This document shows, piece by piece, positions 45,701 through 58,936 of a stretch of 64,000 nt of DNA (its first letter is position 1; every line of letters begins with the position of its first letter). Below the pieces are notes generated by a model, which saw only the letters and a list, made by a program, of their open reading frames with translations, was not told the origin of the DNA and did not search any database. The stretch lies in NCBI GenBank assembly GCA_046563655.1, contig CM102285.1:8990001-9054000 (forward strand). The letters run 5' to 3'. Made by a program: the position numbers and the translations under genes. The DNA is from Yuukianura sp. NJ FZ-2021 (Eukaryota).

Positions 45701-48700
45701 TCTGCGGTTAGATCAAGTTTCCTTGTTAATTCAATTTCCGACTCATAATTAGAGAGATGGAAGAAGAATGGCTGGAAGGGGATTTTGCGATTACACTGTA
45801 AATTGCATCTTCCTCTCTTTTCACCTACCGTTAAGCATAAATGTAAATATTCCGGAAGGAACTAAGGTCTAATTCCCATTTTCAAACTACCATCTCCCAC
45901 CATCTAATCTCCGTCCAGTGCTCAATTTCCTTTTCCTTTACTTTTAGGTAATAGCTTTTAGGCTGGGTTAGCTTACCTCTACCACGCAGCACCCGCATTC
46001 TGAAATGGAGAATGCAAAAATGGGGAGTAGGGCATTTGAGAGGCATAAATTCAGCGGTTACTTTCACCCGAAATTACACCGTTGACTCTTGGCACCATAA
46101 ACCTGTCAATGCCTTCTTCTCCCCGTATCTTTTTCGCCCAAAAAAGAAACATCGACATCCGCCACCGTCGTTGTATAAATGGACTCGGAGAGATTTATTC
46201 ATTGATTTCCCGCGTAGCCTTTTAGGCGAAATTCATGTTCCAGGCCCACGAAACACAGTCAATTTGCCACTTCGAATCCCGGGTGGATGGTTCAGGACAG
46301 ACGGTCCCACATGTTTCCACTTTTGCGTGTGGTAATTCGTAATACCATAAAGCTTCCCTTGTTACAAAACCTAAATAGTGTTTACACAATCAAAATCCAC
46401 TTTGTTTACAAAATCAAAGGCATTTCAAATTGTTTTATGTTAAAGAAGTCAGCAGAGGTCGAGAAGAACAAGAGGTTATGTTATCTTGCTTACTTACAAA
46501 CACTTCAATCAAATTTATACGTGCAGCCATCAATATACGGTGAAATCTTCTACGATAGTTAATTGTCAAGGTAGGTGAACTTTTTGGCAACTTTTGTTGC
46601 ACAATCAATAATTGAGGAAGTAACGCCGAAGGTTAGTGTTCGATGGAATTCTTGATGTCTGGAAAGATATTGGTCCGAAAACATCTTCGCTTTTTTTGTG
46701 CACATTTGGTAAAAGGAATTTTACCATAAAATTGTAGTGCAGAACCACAAAAGTGGTTCTGACACTCTGGCTACACTGATTTCCAGACCTCAGGAGAAAG
46801 TAGCACTCTCATGAACTTTCTATTCCGCCTTTTTGTTTCCTTTTGTAGAGAGAGAGGTTGCATTAAGGTCTCCATTGGAAATGAGCATCACTTTGCATTA
46901 GATCCTCCAACTGCTACTGCAATACTTTCTTTGGAAAATGGGTCTCGTAAACTTTTATTGTCCAATTCCGTACTTCGACCACTTTGCTCGTCAGAATTCT
47001 ACTAGTAAATGTTTCTATTTTCTTATTTACTTTACATTAAATCTGATTCTGACGGAGAAAGCCCAGGAAACTTTTTCTATAAAATGATTTTTAGAAGATT
47101 CGTCCAATACTCAAAACACTTTGTGTTCGAGGTTTCCTGAAATTGCAAAATCCAATGGTACTATTGGGCTTCTAATGGTCTTTTATTGGACTTAGCTTTT
47201 TATTTTTCCAAAAAATAGGAAATCGATGGTGTTATTGGTTCAAATCATAGCATTTAAATTTCTTTTATGTGAGTGTTTTTATGAAGAAAAAAATCCAAAC
47301 AACAAAATCCAATTTCATAGTTTATAATTTTCTCGTATTTGAGGAACTAAATGAGCAAAGAAAGGCTTTCATAACACTTTTATAGCCAGGAAGTGTTAGT
47401 ATTTAAATACATCGGTGCACCAATTGCTGTCATTTGCTTACTGTTCTGCACCAGATCTTGCCAGCCAATATAATCAACCGAACTCTCAGGAAGCTCATCT
47501 TGGCTTCCGAGCAGAAAAAAAATGATTTCCAGTTGACCCGAGATTAGTTAATTCTGCAGTTCCGGTTTCGTTAGGAAATGCTTCGTACACGCTAAATAAT
47601 AATGAGCAGGATAGCAGGAATAAACTTTCGACAACCCACAAAATATTTAGAAATATAAGTTACAATGACGCTGGCAACAAAAGACGAAGTAAGGTAACTT
47701 TGACATAGCAGCTTTTTCCGCATGCCAACAATGTTTCGGCATGAAGATATCTGGCTGCCTCCTCCAGCGTTGAGCCTTTAGTGTTTAGGGTAATAAACAC
47801 TGAAATTGAAATTTTGGCATTTAAAAAATAATGGGGCACTTTGAGTCCTCTGCGTGTCAAGGAAGACGTGGAAATTGAGTCTCTGTTTCTGACACGTTCG
47901 CAGCATGAAGATCCAAGGAAGGAAGCTCTTGTCTCGAGGGGAAGATGGAGCCTTCAAGGGACTGATGATGAAAAGGAAAATCAAATCAGACACAGCTCCG
48001 CTGTCGACAACCAACTTCAAAATTTCATCTTCTAGCATAGAAAAAAAGAGAAAGTTAGAGCAAACTAGCAACCAAGTGAGTAAGCCAAGTGACAAGAGAA
48101 CTGCTGTTGAAGAGGTTGGATCAACTTTGTGTCTTTATATTTGATCTAGAAACTATTTAATTAAACAACTGAAAGAGTACCTTTAGCTAGTTTCCAAGTA
48201 CCTTCTCAAGATCTGCTGTTGCCTGATGGTGTGGCGTCAGTTTGGAATTTTCATAATACACTCTTCAGAAAAAAAGCAATTTCGAGTTCTAGATGTTGAA
48301 ATGAAAATGGAGAGGTTCGGTAGTCATTGCTATTTGGTTGGATTTCGTTTCCTTTTTAGATTCCTACCATCCTATTTCCCGGTGGTAGAGGCTTGGGTAT
48401 CAGATTCTGTCTTTTGTGAATGCCTAGAGATTCAATCAGTTTCTGTTGTTAGGCTACCTTCTTCGATTTCTTTTTCCAATGGGCTAGAAACTTTCACCAC
48501 TCCATTGTTGAAGTAAACCGAAAAAAAAACGAAAAGTGGTGAAAAAAAGTGGTGAAGTAGAGTGTGGATTCATGATTCAAAATCGAATGGCTATTCTCAT
48601 GGGATTTAACCATTATCACTACATGTCTGAAGTACATTTTTTTTATCACCAAAGGAAAAATATCTTAAAAAAGGAATCAGTTAAAGCTTTCTTAGAAATT

Positions 48701-51700
48701 TTAGAAAGAAAAAACAACCAAAAAACTTTCTCCTATTACGACAATAAACAAATTTTACAGAAATATTTTCGCAAGCACCTCATCTGTAGTTCTACAACAG
48801 AACTATTTTTGTTTCTTAATTTTTTGTATGCGAACTGAATTGCTTGTGAATTTAGTACTCTGAAATGACAGTTTTCATTTGCAAAAGTTTAGCCTCTGAA
48901 TTAGTTCCAATTTTATTGAACAAGTCAGACAGCCAAATGAAGTCGCCTAGAAACCTTTGAGCCTCCGAACTTTCTCATTCATTTGATTCAAGTCTTCTTA
49001 AGGTGTTGTGGCAGAAAATAAGTGGGGAAAAGTCCTTCCATGGATGAAAGGCTCCGGTGAAATTGAATTGCTTTGTAAGGGATTCCTTCTTCTTTTGGCT
49101 CAAAAGAAATTATCCCATACTTCATTTCCAACACGCTCTTTTCAGCAGTTGGTACTTTTGGTTCTTTTTTCGGTAATGGTTTTCGCAGTACATATTTTTT
49201 TGAAAGGTTTCAGCCTCGGAAGATAGTTTTTGATGCTCGTGGAAAGTGAGATTCTTGGAGCAGTAAGTCTTTCATCATTGGTTCAATGGCACGAACAAAG
49301 CATTTGAATGGAAAAGTGGAAAGTGTACGGTCCCAAGAGCTCAGATTTCTTCTGGGAAGATGAAGTTTTGTGCAGTTGGAACACTTTGTGTAAGTTCCTT
49401 CTGTTGTTTTGTTTTAAGTTTATTTCTTTGAGGAAAGTCGTAAGTGTGCCCCTGTCATCTTTCTTTCCGAGCATTCCAAATCTCGGTTCAAGGTAGTGAA
49501 AATATTTTTTCTGTGGATTTTTATGGGACTTCTGAAAATCCAAGCGTGAAGTGCTTGTTGAGAAAATACTTCGAGAAATTTTCCAAACATATTCTTGCCC
49601 TCCGTTCTCCAAACTCTGAAACTTTACTGCTTCCTTTATTTTGTTAGGAAGAAAGGAACCCAAACAGTTGCATTCCACATCTCGTCACTTTACGACCACT
49701 TTCAAACATACTCTTCTTAACAGCTCCAAACCTCAAAAATCTTTCAGAGGTCAACTGGGCCAAATTAGCACTTCGGCACCTTTTCTATTTTGGAACAAAA
49801 ATTTCTTCTTGCCTTCAAATTCTAAAAGACTCCGAGGTTCGTGCAGATTCTAAAGTCTGAGTTTAATCAAGCGTTGTTCTAGACACAGGAATTTCAAACA
49901 AACAGGAATTTGAGACCTGCGAAGTGAAATTTATAGAAATTTTAAAACCTAACATTTCACAGCGTCAGTTTTCATTGAAATACCAGTGTAACATAACTTT
50001 CAATTCCAGCCAAACCTAACTCAAAAGTGAAAGTGAGTTACAATGTTGGAAGAAAGGAAGTGAACAGAGCTGGTTTGTACTGCTTAGAAAAAGTTTTCAA
50101 GAAAAGTGAAAGTCACGATCGTAAAAGTGAACGTGGGTTCTCACGTTTGTTTTCCGGTGATGAAATTACGTTCCTTTCTGAGAAATTGGACCGTGGAATA
50201 AAGGAGATTAGGACACGAGTTTTAAGTGGACAAATAATTAGCCAAGTCCTTGAGGCTATTGCACCATGTCTTCTGTAATAGTTGTTTTAGTTTACCTTTA
50301 TGGGCCTAACTTCAGCCAAGGTTTCTTGGGCAAACAATCCACGCACAACGATAACAAAATCTAATAATTTGGAAGAGAAAGGAAAAGAGACGCAGTGGAC
50401 AGGAAGCCGAGGATCCAATTTCCTATTTATTATTTTCCCTCTGTCCGCCCACCAGAAATGTCTTTCTATTCTGTCAGCTCCAGTAAATTTAATAATATGA
50501 CTCCCATATTATTGTTTTCTCCGTGAAGACGTCCACTTTCACGGTTATTTCCTCAGAATCCAAAAACATTGAAGACAGATAAAAGACTTTGAGAACCTTA
50601 GAAGAGAGGAGCTGGGCTGGAAGAGAGCAGCAGGGTTAGGGTACCAATATAATAAGTTATTTGCTGTTCCTTGTGCCACTCACAAAGTTAAACTGCGTCC
50701 TAACTTTCACTCCATTATCCAACTCCCTTCTGCTGACGCTTAAAGACCAAAGATCTCCAGAGATTTATTCCGTTTTAACAAACTCTAGACTAAGGTTAGT
50801 AGGTTTGAAACTAAGCTAAAGACTCAGGGATCAGGGAGAAAGTGGCTTTAAGCCTCATCTGCAGAGTTAAGACGTCTAAAAAGCCAAAAGACGACGGATG
50901 GTGATGATAATGTTGTCGAGGAACCCATATTGCGCCGTACCACTTTTGACACGTTCCCACTTTCCCTCTGTTCAGTTAAGAGTTCACACTACTCTGGGGG
51001 GCTTGGTGAGGCTGAAAGCAGAACTTATTCATAAGACGCTCTTCAGTTTCCTTTCTTAATCTTCTCTGAACTCACTTGAACTTCATCATTTCTCGGTTAC
51101 AGAATCATTCTCAGCATGTTACAAAAGTTCATCAGTTCATTTCTCAGTTTATTTGTTAAACGTTTGCTCTCTCCGCCTGCTCTCTAATAGTACTGGCCAT
51201 CGACCAGCTTGACCAGTCGAGTGTAAAGTTTGAAGTGGTGGCAGAAGTGAAAGTGGAGAAAATTGGACCAAGGCTTGTGAAAAAAAAACTTTTGTTGCCG
51301 CTGACTTAATAAACTGAAGGCACTTTTCCACCAAGTTTTTAGTGCCAATTTTGTACCTCATTTTGAAAAGCGTCCTACGCTGCGGCCGACTTTCCAAATT
51401 TTCGTTTCCAAAAGCAAAAGTGGAGCGGAATAGACAAAAAGGCTTCAAATTACTCGTACTCCAAAAATTTAACGAGTTTTGCCAAATTCAATAGATTTTT
51501 CGGCAACAAAGGAAACTAGGATTTGAAAAAGCGTTGCCCAACATAGATAGTTTGGTTTAACCAAAATGAACCAACCACCTCCTCTCCACTACCGTTGAGT
51601 TTTAATGAACGTAGACAAGTGTCTGGAACAGTAAAAACTTTGTTGGTGAAAGTTAGACACGAGGCAAGAGGCCTTTCTCTGCTTTCAAAAGAAGTAACGG

Positions 51701-53715
51701 AGGCTGAATTCATAACAACATTGAACAAGGAATTAGTTTTGTTTAGAAATTACACGACCCTGGTTCCTGTTTGTTTGGTTTTGAGTTACTGAAAGTGTTG
51801 CTAATGAACTTTGTACCTTGAATTTGATATTCTGCGCGGGTGGAACCATTAAACCACCATCCCGGACTTTCTCCATTTCCGTCATAACAATGAAGATCCT
51901 ATTATTTGGGAAAATTGGAACAAAAGTTGTTGAATCCTGGTTTAGTTTCTGCGTAAGTTTTTGGAGGAACAATGGTGAAAGTCCGAGGTGAAAGTGCGGG
52001 AAAGACTGAATTGAGCGTCCTCCGACGCCTACTGCCTCCCTTTCGCTGCTCTCCTTGCCTACCCCCTCTTTCCACTGTTTTGATCTGGCAGGAGGGGAGT
52101 TTTGTTGGCTGACTGGTAGTGAAAGTGAGGCATTTTGAGGCATCCTGGCCCTCTCCACGGTGAGACAAGAGCAGAGAGCCAGTCAGTTGAAGAGTAGAAA
52201 GAGGCAGAGAAAGCAGAAGGGAGACTCAACCTAACGTAAGACGAAGGGTAGGCTAACCTAGGGAGAAAGCAACATGGGCACAACCACACGGTTTGGTCGC
52301 CTTGGCTTATTGAGGCCTCGAAGCGCCTCTCAACAAGTGCTTCCCCTCTTCAGCACCACTCTTTGCACCACCACAACTTCCTAATTTGCTGCCACGTTCG
52401 TACTTTCCTTGACCCAGTCTCAATTGGTGTAGAATGAGTCAGAAGGCCGGGTCAAGTAGCTCAGCTGTCAGGAGCACGCGACTACATCGGAGACAAGACA
52501 GTATCCAGGACGAGAAGACTGCCAAATTTATTCGGGTAAGTGTGACAGGAGCTCATCAATAGCTAAGTCATGTGGGAGACACACACATATAGACTGGCTG
52601 TCACTGCGGAGAAAGTTCTAGGGGAAAACTGTTTTTTAAGCCGAGAGCGCTTGCCTAGTATGCAGCTCTTTTCTGCTGCTGCTTTTTGGAAGAAAACAAG
52701 ATTAATTGGAATCTTGTCTTGGGTGCTTGATTGATGGGAGACCCAAATTACTTGTGGCTTCTTTTGCATAGGAATGAGACTTGTAGGACTAACTGGCAGC
52801 AAATCCATACTTTCCCCCGTACTTTCACTCGTGCTAATCCTTCATCCTCATGAATTATTAGTGGGACTTCCAGTGTTGAACAAAAGGCAAACTAGGATTT
52901 CACTTTCTCTCAGTCACTACATAATCCTTAGCTTTTCAATCATTCTTTTGCTAAAATCAATAGTATTGTGGGGGATTAAGTCACTTGTTAGGTTGTTCCA
53001 GATTCACAAATCTCCCATCCATTTCCGGTCTGAAATGTCAAACAAAATTTTCATTATTAAATGTTTCACATTTGATGCAAACTTGATATCGTGCTATGTA
53101 AATCCAAAATTCTGAAAAACGAACTCAAAAGTCAAACACTACGGTTTACTGTTTCAACTTGAAAATTAGAAGTTGAATCTGACTTTCATTATTTTCACTA
53201 ATGGTGAGGGATTGGAGAACACGATGATTACTGAGTAGACAAGGCACTGTTTTTCTTATTAAACATAACCATGTAGTGCATCTCTTTGTTGTTTTTGGTG
53301 TGCAAATACTTTTTGTCAAATCCTTTGAAAAATTTGGGTTTTCTTTGAAGTTTTGAATTTTGAAGAGAGATGTGAAAGAGTAAGAAGATTAGAGAGACTT
53401 TGCTTTGGTTTGGCATCAAGTCACCGCACAGTGTCCTATTTATCAATTCCATTTCCAAGGGCTCTCTAATTCTATTTACAAAATTTGACAAAGGAAATTT
53501 CCTGCTGATAACTGAGCAGTCAACCACGATTGTACACCATGGTTCAAAAATATTGTTCTGAACTATTAGGCTTACAACTTTGATTTCAAGTTGAGAAACT
53601 CCCAAGTTCCAAATTGAGTAAATGCTGTATATTTGTCTTCAACAGTTATCAAAAAATTCATTTTGAAAACACTCTTTCCACTGTACTGTAACTTTATAAT
53701 ACACTATGTTACATT

Positions 53716-54228
53716 CAGGGTGTGTTTGGTTTAAATCAATTGGTTTAAACCATGGTTTAAACCACGGTTTAAACCAAACGGTTTATTTGAATAAAAACCA
53801 GGTTTTTTTAAACATGGTATGAAGTGGCAGAAAACGCCTAAAATTGAGGAAATTTCGCCGGGCAACTACTCAAATTCAAGAAATTTCGTAAGTTAACGAG
53901 TCAGTTTGGCGGAATTTCAGGCGAATTTGGCGAAAACGGCTTAGAGCAGCACAGGGTTGAATGAATTTCGTATTCTCACAAAATTTGATCACTGAAAATA
54001 CGAATTTCACTTGTGTTTTCCTCTATAACTGGCTGATTTTCATGTTTTTAAAAATTATCTTAAATTTTTTTTCAGTTAGACATAGTTGTTTTCTTGTTTT
54101 TAATCCGAGTCGTTCATAGATTCCGCATTAATTCTCGATTTTGGTTTAAACCAAATAAACCATGGTTTAAACCAAAAACCAATGGTTTTTGGTTTTTTTC
54201 CAAAAAAACCAAAAACCAACACACCCTG
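53716..54228. mobile_element. Non-autonomous hAT-type DNA transposon (MITE), 513 bp
   Basis: TIR CAGGGTGTGTT...AACACACCCTG; perfect 8-bp TSD GTTACATT (53708-53715 and 54229-54236); subterminal GGTTTAAACC palindromes at both ends; no transposase. Confidence 0.9.
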
Positions 54229-56557
54229 GTTACATTGGACAGAGCGCTGAACAGAGAAGAATGGAAATCAATTTCATGCCCCCTTTCACCATTATCTTCT
54301 TGTCTCCCTTTACCTTTTCTGAATCTGTTGCCAAATTTAATATTCAGTAGCATTTGTGTCTCCTGTAGATACTTACAGCCCTGTCTTCATCTCATTCAGT
54401 TCAACTTTCCCCTCAAGTCTTTTCATTCTCTTCTTCAGCAGTGGATAATCGCTTTTCACCCAACCTTCAACTTTCTCCTAAAAAAAAAATTAGACGCTGA
54501 AATTCAATTTTCCATTCCAAATTTTTGGAAAGAATTTCCCCTCCATTTCTACGTAATATAATCATTGGCTTTTTAGCCTAGCCCAATTTGCACCAGAAAA
54601 ATTGCTCATATTATTTAGATTTAGATGACAAATGATTTCCAATTTGAGGTGGAATGACTTTCGTTTCAGAGAAAGTCAGCGTTCACTTTTATGAATCCAA
54701 ATTTATTGGAAATTTTGGCAGTACTTTTCAATGTAGGCGTGCCATTAAACTCATAAATCCAGCTTTTGATTTTTCATTAAGGCAGAAATTCCATATTTAC
54801 AAATTCGAGGGTGCTAATGGCCTTTCATCTCCTCCTTTGTTATAGAAATTCAAAAGGAAAAAGTTATAAAAAAGTGATTATAAAAAGGTTTCACACGCGA
54901 CTTCATTAACCTACCTTCTCACTTTCTCTAGTGTTTTAGAAATCTAGTGCAGAAAAAAGTACAGTAATGAAATGAAATGTGTCACATATTTTTGGCATCA
55001 GTGAGAAGCTGAACGGTGAACTGTTATAATCTGGATAGTATCTCAAGTACTACGTGAGGTTAAGTGGGATTTCAGAGAATTTGCAGAAGGCGAAGTTATA
55101 GAATCTGTAAAATGTAGGTTTCATGTTTTCAAAAGCGCTAAACCAGCCGCTACCACAACCAAGAGCACTCCGCTTCCGCTTCCTCTCGTTGGATATGAAT
55201 GGGAGCGTACCTATGGTTTATTTGCTTAGTTCAGCAATTATTCGTCCATTGCTCCTAGGTTGTCGTCAGCCACTTCCTTCGGGCGTTTATTGTCGGAACT
55301 CTGCATGTGAAAGTTCAGTTGAAGGGAATCTAATGGAAATTGAGGAGGAAGTGCAGAACAAGGTAGAAACAAATAGGAACTGGAAAATATCAACAGGACG
55401 CCAAAACCACTTTCACTTGGGCATTGTTCCATCTTGACAAGAGTCGTAAACTGGCAGAGTACTTGAACTAATTGGCCAGGGACATCGTGGACACCGAGGA
55501 CCCAGTTCGATGGACCAACAAGAAACGACCACTAAGGCTTAATTTTATGGGCAGTGGCAAGGCTGCTTGAGTACTTTGGCCTTGTGACCTCAGTTAGAAG
55601 TTAGACTGGTTAGAAGTTGGTATTTGTGCTGATGAAGTAAGAAGAAGATGAAAGGAAAGAATAAACTTCCACTATTACTTTCTCCTGTTCCACGTGTAAT
55701 CAATCAAGGGATTCGAAGAATAGAACATCATCTTCAACTTGGCAGAGCATAAAAGAAAGTCTGATTTATTAGGTTCTGGACTTAGGCCATAAATATGGGA
55801 ACATGGAGGCAGAGCAAGGTCGGTCAGTGAGTAGATGTGTAAGAAAGAGGAATGGAAGTATGATTTAATGGTAGCCCTGATTGACTCCAATTGTCAGAAT
55901 CCAATGGTAACGCTTACTCAATACTACTCCTGATTTACCCATGTCCTTGGGTTGAAGATAAAGTTGAAATAAATTCAGGTTTACGCCAATCCATTTCTCG
56001 TCTTCCGCTATTCTTAAAAATTGGCAGTATTCTTGTATCCATTTTATTTTAAGGAGCCAAGCGACAAAAGCAAGTACTAATCCAGCATATGGACTAAACA
56101 TCCAGTTGATTGCAGTAACCGCAATGAGGTGTTGCGTGTATTTTACTGTTTTGTGTTTACAAAACATTTTGTTAATCGGAGTTGATAAGTAAGAGAACAG
56201 GCGACGTGAAAAGCGACGTTTGCTGAATTCAACTCTAGAAGTGAACTTTCTTTTTTCGCTGACCAATTCCAGCATTTTTTCAAAACTAGGGTCTAAGTGC
56301 TGAATGCATCCGATGTTAACTCCTAGTTTTGATCTCGTGCTGAATAGGAATTGGATTAAGCCGTTCGATGTTCTCTCCAATTTGGAAAATTTCGAAGGTA
56401 ATAGCTTCCTATGCGTGACATGTCATTGTCGCTTACGAAACATTTCCTACGTATTTATAGCTAACAAACTGGAGAACAAATTGAATGAATTTGTAAAACC
56501 GATGTAATTTTTTAGTACTCCCGAAAAGGCCAAATCCAAAGTATGAAAGTCCTCGCT

Positions 56558-57215
56558 TTAACACTCTGTAGTAGTTTTCAATAAATTTATTACTTTATGA
56601 GTAATAAAAAAATTATATAATAAGTATATAATATAATAACATTTTAAAATTTATTATATTATATAATTACATATAATATTATGTGTTATAACATTATATG
56701 CTAACATATATGATATATGTTAACATATAATAACATAATATATATGCTATTACTTAATAACATATATATTATATGTTATTAAATTATCTCAAGAATTGAT
56801 TTTGGTCCCGTAAAAACAATTCGGATCAAGGATTAATTACAAACGGCAGAGACTGAAACGATCAAAATCTCTCCAGAAAAAGCACAAAATAAATTCAACT
56901 CCAATATTCAATGAGAAGACAGTGGAATTTCGGAACCGCGTAAAAACGAAAAATTGTCACAACAGATGGGGCTACACGATGGTAATAATAAGCGAAGAGT
57001 AAGACGAAAGCGAAAAACAATAAGTAGGCCTAAACATAGGAAAACCCTATTATGGGACTCCCGTCCAGGGATGCACAGGAACGAAAGCCCTTTTCTGGGT
57101 CGCCCGTCCTGAAAACACACTTTGGTTCAGTCGGTCCCGTCTGTGAGTACGGTCAAGCCAAAGCCACTTTTTGGGTTTCCCGTCGCGAAAAGGTTAACAC
57201 TCTGTAGTAGTTTTC
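56558..57215. mobile_element. Possible piggyBac-like remnant bracketed by a 22-bp direct repeat
   Basis: TTAACACTCTGTAGTAGTTTTC at 56558 and 57194; the segment ends ...CCCGTCGCGAAAAGG|TTAA with three related GGG..CCCGTC subterminal motifs; AT-rich tract ~56600-56790. No matching left TIR was seen. Confidence 0.4.
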
Positions 57216-57668
57216 TGTAAATTTATTGCATCGTGAGTAGTATAAAGTTAATTAATTCCTTGTTAAAAGTTTAAAGTGCACAGACAAAAGTTTAAAAGTG
57301 TAATTAAATAACAATTAAAATTTGAGTTCTTATTTTTAAACCAAATGCTTGTGTATAAGGAAAACGCGTCTATTAATTCCGGAAAATATCGTGTCTATTA
57401 CAAAAAAAAAAACCTTGGTGAAAGTAGTGAATTAAATAGACGGAGCGTTAAAATTAAAAAGGTGTTGAATACCTTTGGCTGATCTAACAAAATGATCCAA
57501 CGCAAAGAGCTATTCTTTGTATGTACATCCGAACTTACCAAAGGCTTCAGAAATTGCTAAAAAAGTCTATGGTTTCCTTTTCGTTTTTGAGTAATTAATG
57601 CTTTCTCCAAAGTTGTTGTGGACGGGCGGTTGTGGGAAGAAGACTTATGACATTTTGGAACAACTTTG

Positions 57669-58936
57669 TTACATCTTGACCCCAATACACTCGACAGTCT
57701 TGTCCCAAACTTGTTGACCAATGTCATCGTCCAGGGCTTCCATGGCCCCTTCCCAAACGCCATTCGTTCTGTACATGAGCCCACTTTGATTGGCAGTGGA
57801 CTTCATAAGGGAGCAGTACAGAATGTTGTCGGCTCCCTAAAAGGTCAATAGGTCAACGAATCTGAATCACGATGTTATAAATTTTAAAATTTACTTTGAA
57901 ATGCTAAAATGTGCTTCGTTGTTACAGCTTTAGTTTATATGGGTATAACTTTATAGTTTTTATGCTAGTCCATTGTTGCAAAGAAGAAAAATTCCTCACC
58001 TCGGAGGGTGAAATTCCAACAAGATTTGTCACAACTCGAGCCAAGAATCCACCTTCCTGTTGAAACCCCGAGTTGACGTGACCAGGACAGACACTGTACA
58101 CTGTGACCCCTGACCCCTCCAGTTTCTTTGCCAGAATCTTGACGCAGTAGTTGGTTGCCAACTTGGTGTTACAGTAAGGTCCAAAGTTACGGTAAATGTT
58201 AAAGTAAGAGAGAAACGGACCTCTTTTACGGAGATGGAAGTCTTCAGGGTCTAATTCTCCCATTTCGAATCCCATGGAACTCACAAAAACAATTCTACCC
58301 ACAAATTGGATTTACTCATTTAAATTTTTATTATTCCAATTCAAACGAATTGGTTCAAATGGTTTGTTACCGACTGGGTGCCGCGGCTTTAACAGAATCC
58401 AGGAGAAGGTGCGTGAAGAGATGTGGACCAAGGTGATTGACGGCCATGTGCGTTTCAAATCCCTCTGGCGTGTACTCCAAATCCTTCTTGAAGCTCGCAA
58501 ATCCAGCGTTGTTCACCAAGATATCAATTTTTGGATACTTTTCTCGAATTTTTCCAGCACATTTCCGCACAGAGTCAAAGTCTCCCAAATCCAACGACAG
58601 CAGATCCTGCAATCGACAGTTTCAATTTTAGATTAGAAAGCGTTTTCATTTTTTTTTCGAAACTTGTACCAATTTTGCATCAGGGACCTTCAGCTTCAGA
58701 TTTTCGATCACTTTTTGGGCTTTTACGATATTTCGACAAGCCATCACTACTGTTGCCCCTCGTTTCGCAAATTCATATGCAGCGGCTTCTCCTACGCCCG
58801 AATTGGCTCCTGTGATGACAACTACTTTCCCTTGAATATTTTCTTCATCTGAATGATCTAGTGGTTTCTTGCTACTTTCCGCTTTACGATACTCGCGTGT
58901 AGACGTGAAAGGAGATTTTCCCTTTTGAACTGGCAT
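57669..58936 (-). CDS. Short-chain dehydrogenase/reductase, retinol dehydrogenase 11-14/WWOX-like, 4 exons
   Basis: VVVITGANSGVG (TGxxxGxG), VMACRN, LDLGDFDSVR, IDILVNNAG, VNHLGPHLFT, RIVFVSS, catalytic YCNTK, VCPGHV; last exon ends VWDKTVECIGVKM* at 57669. Confidence 0.9.

Noticed and set aside
47905..48144. Lys-rich 79-aa ORF
   Set aside because: Short, no domain and no supporting exon structure.
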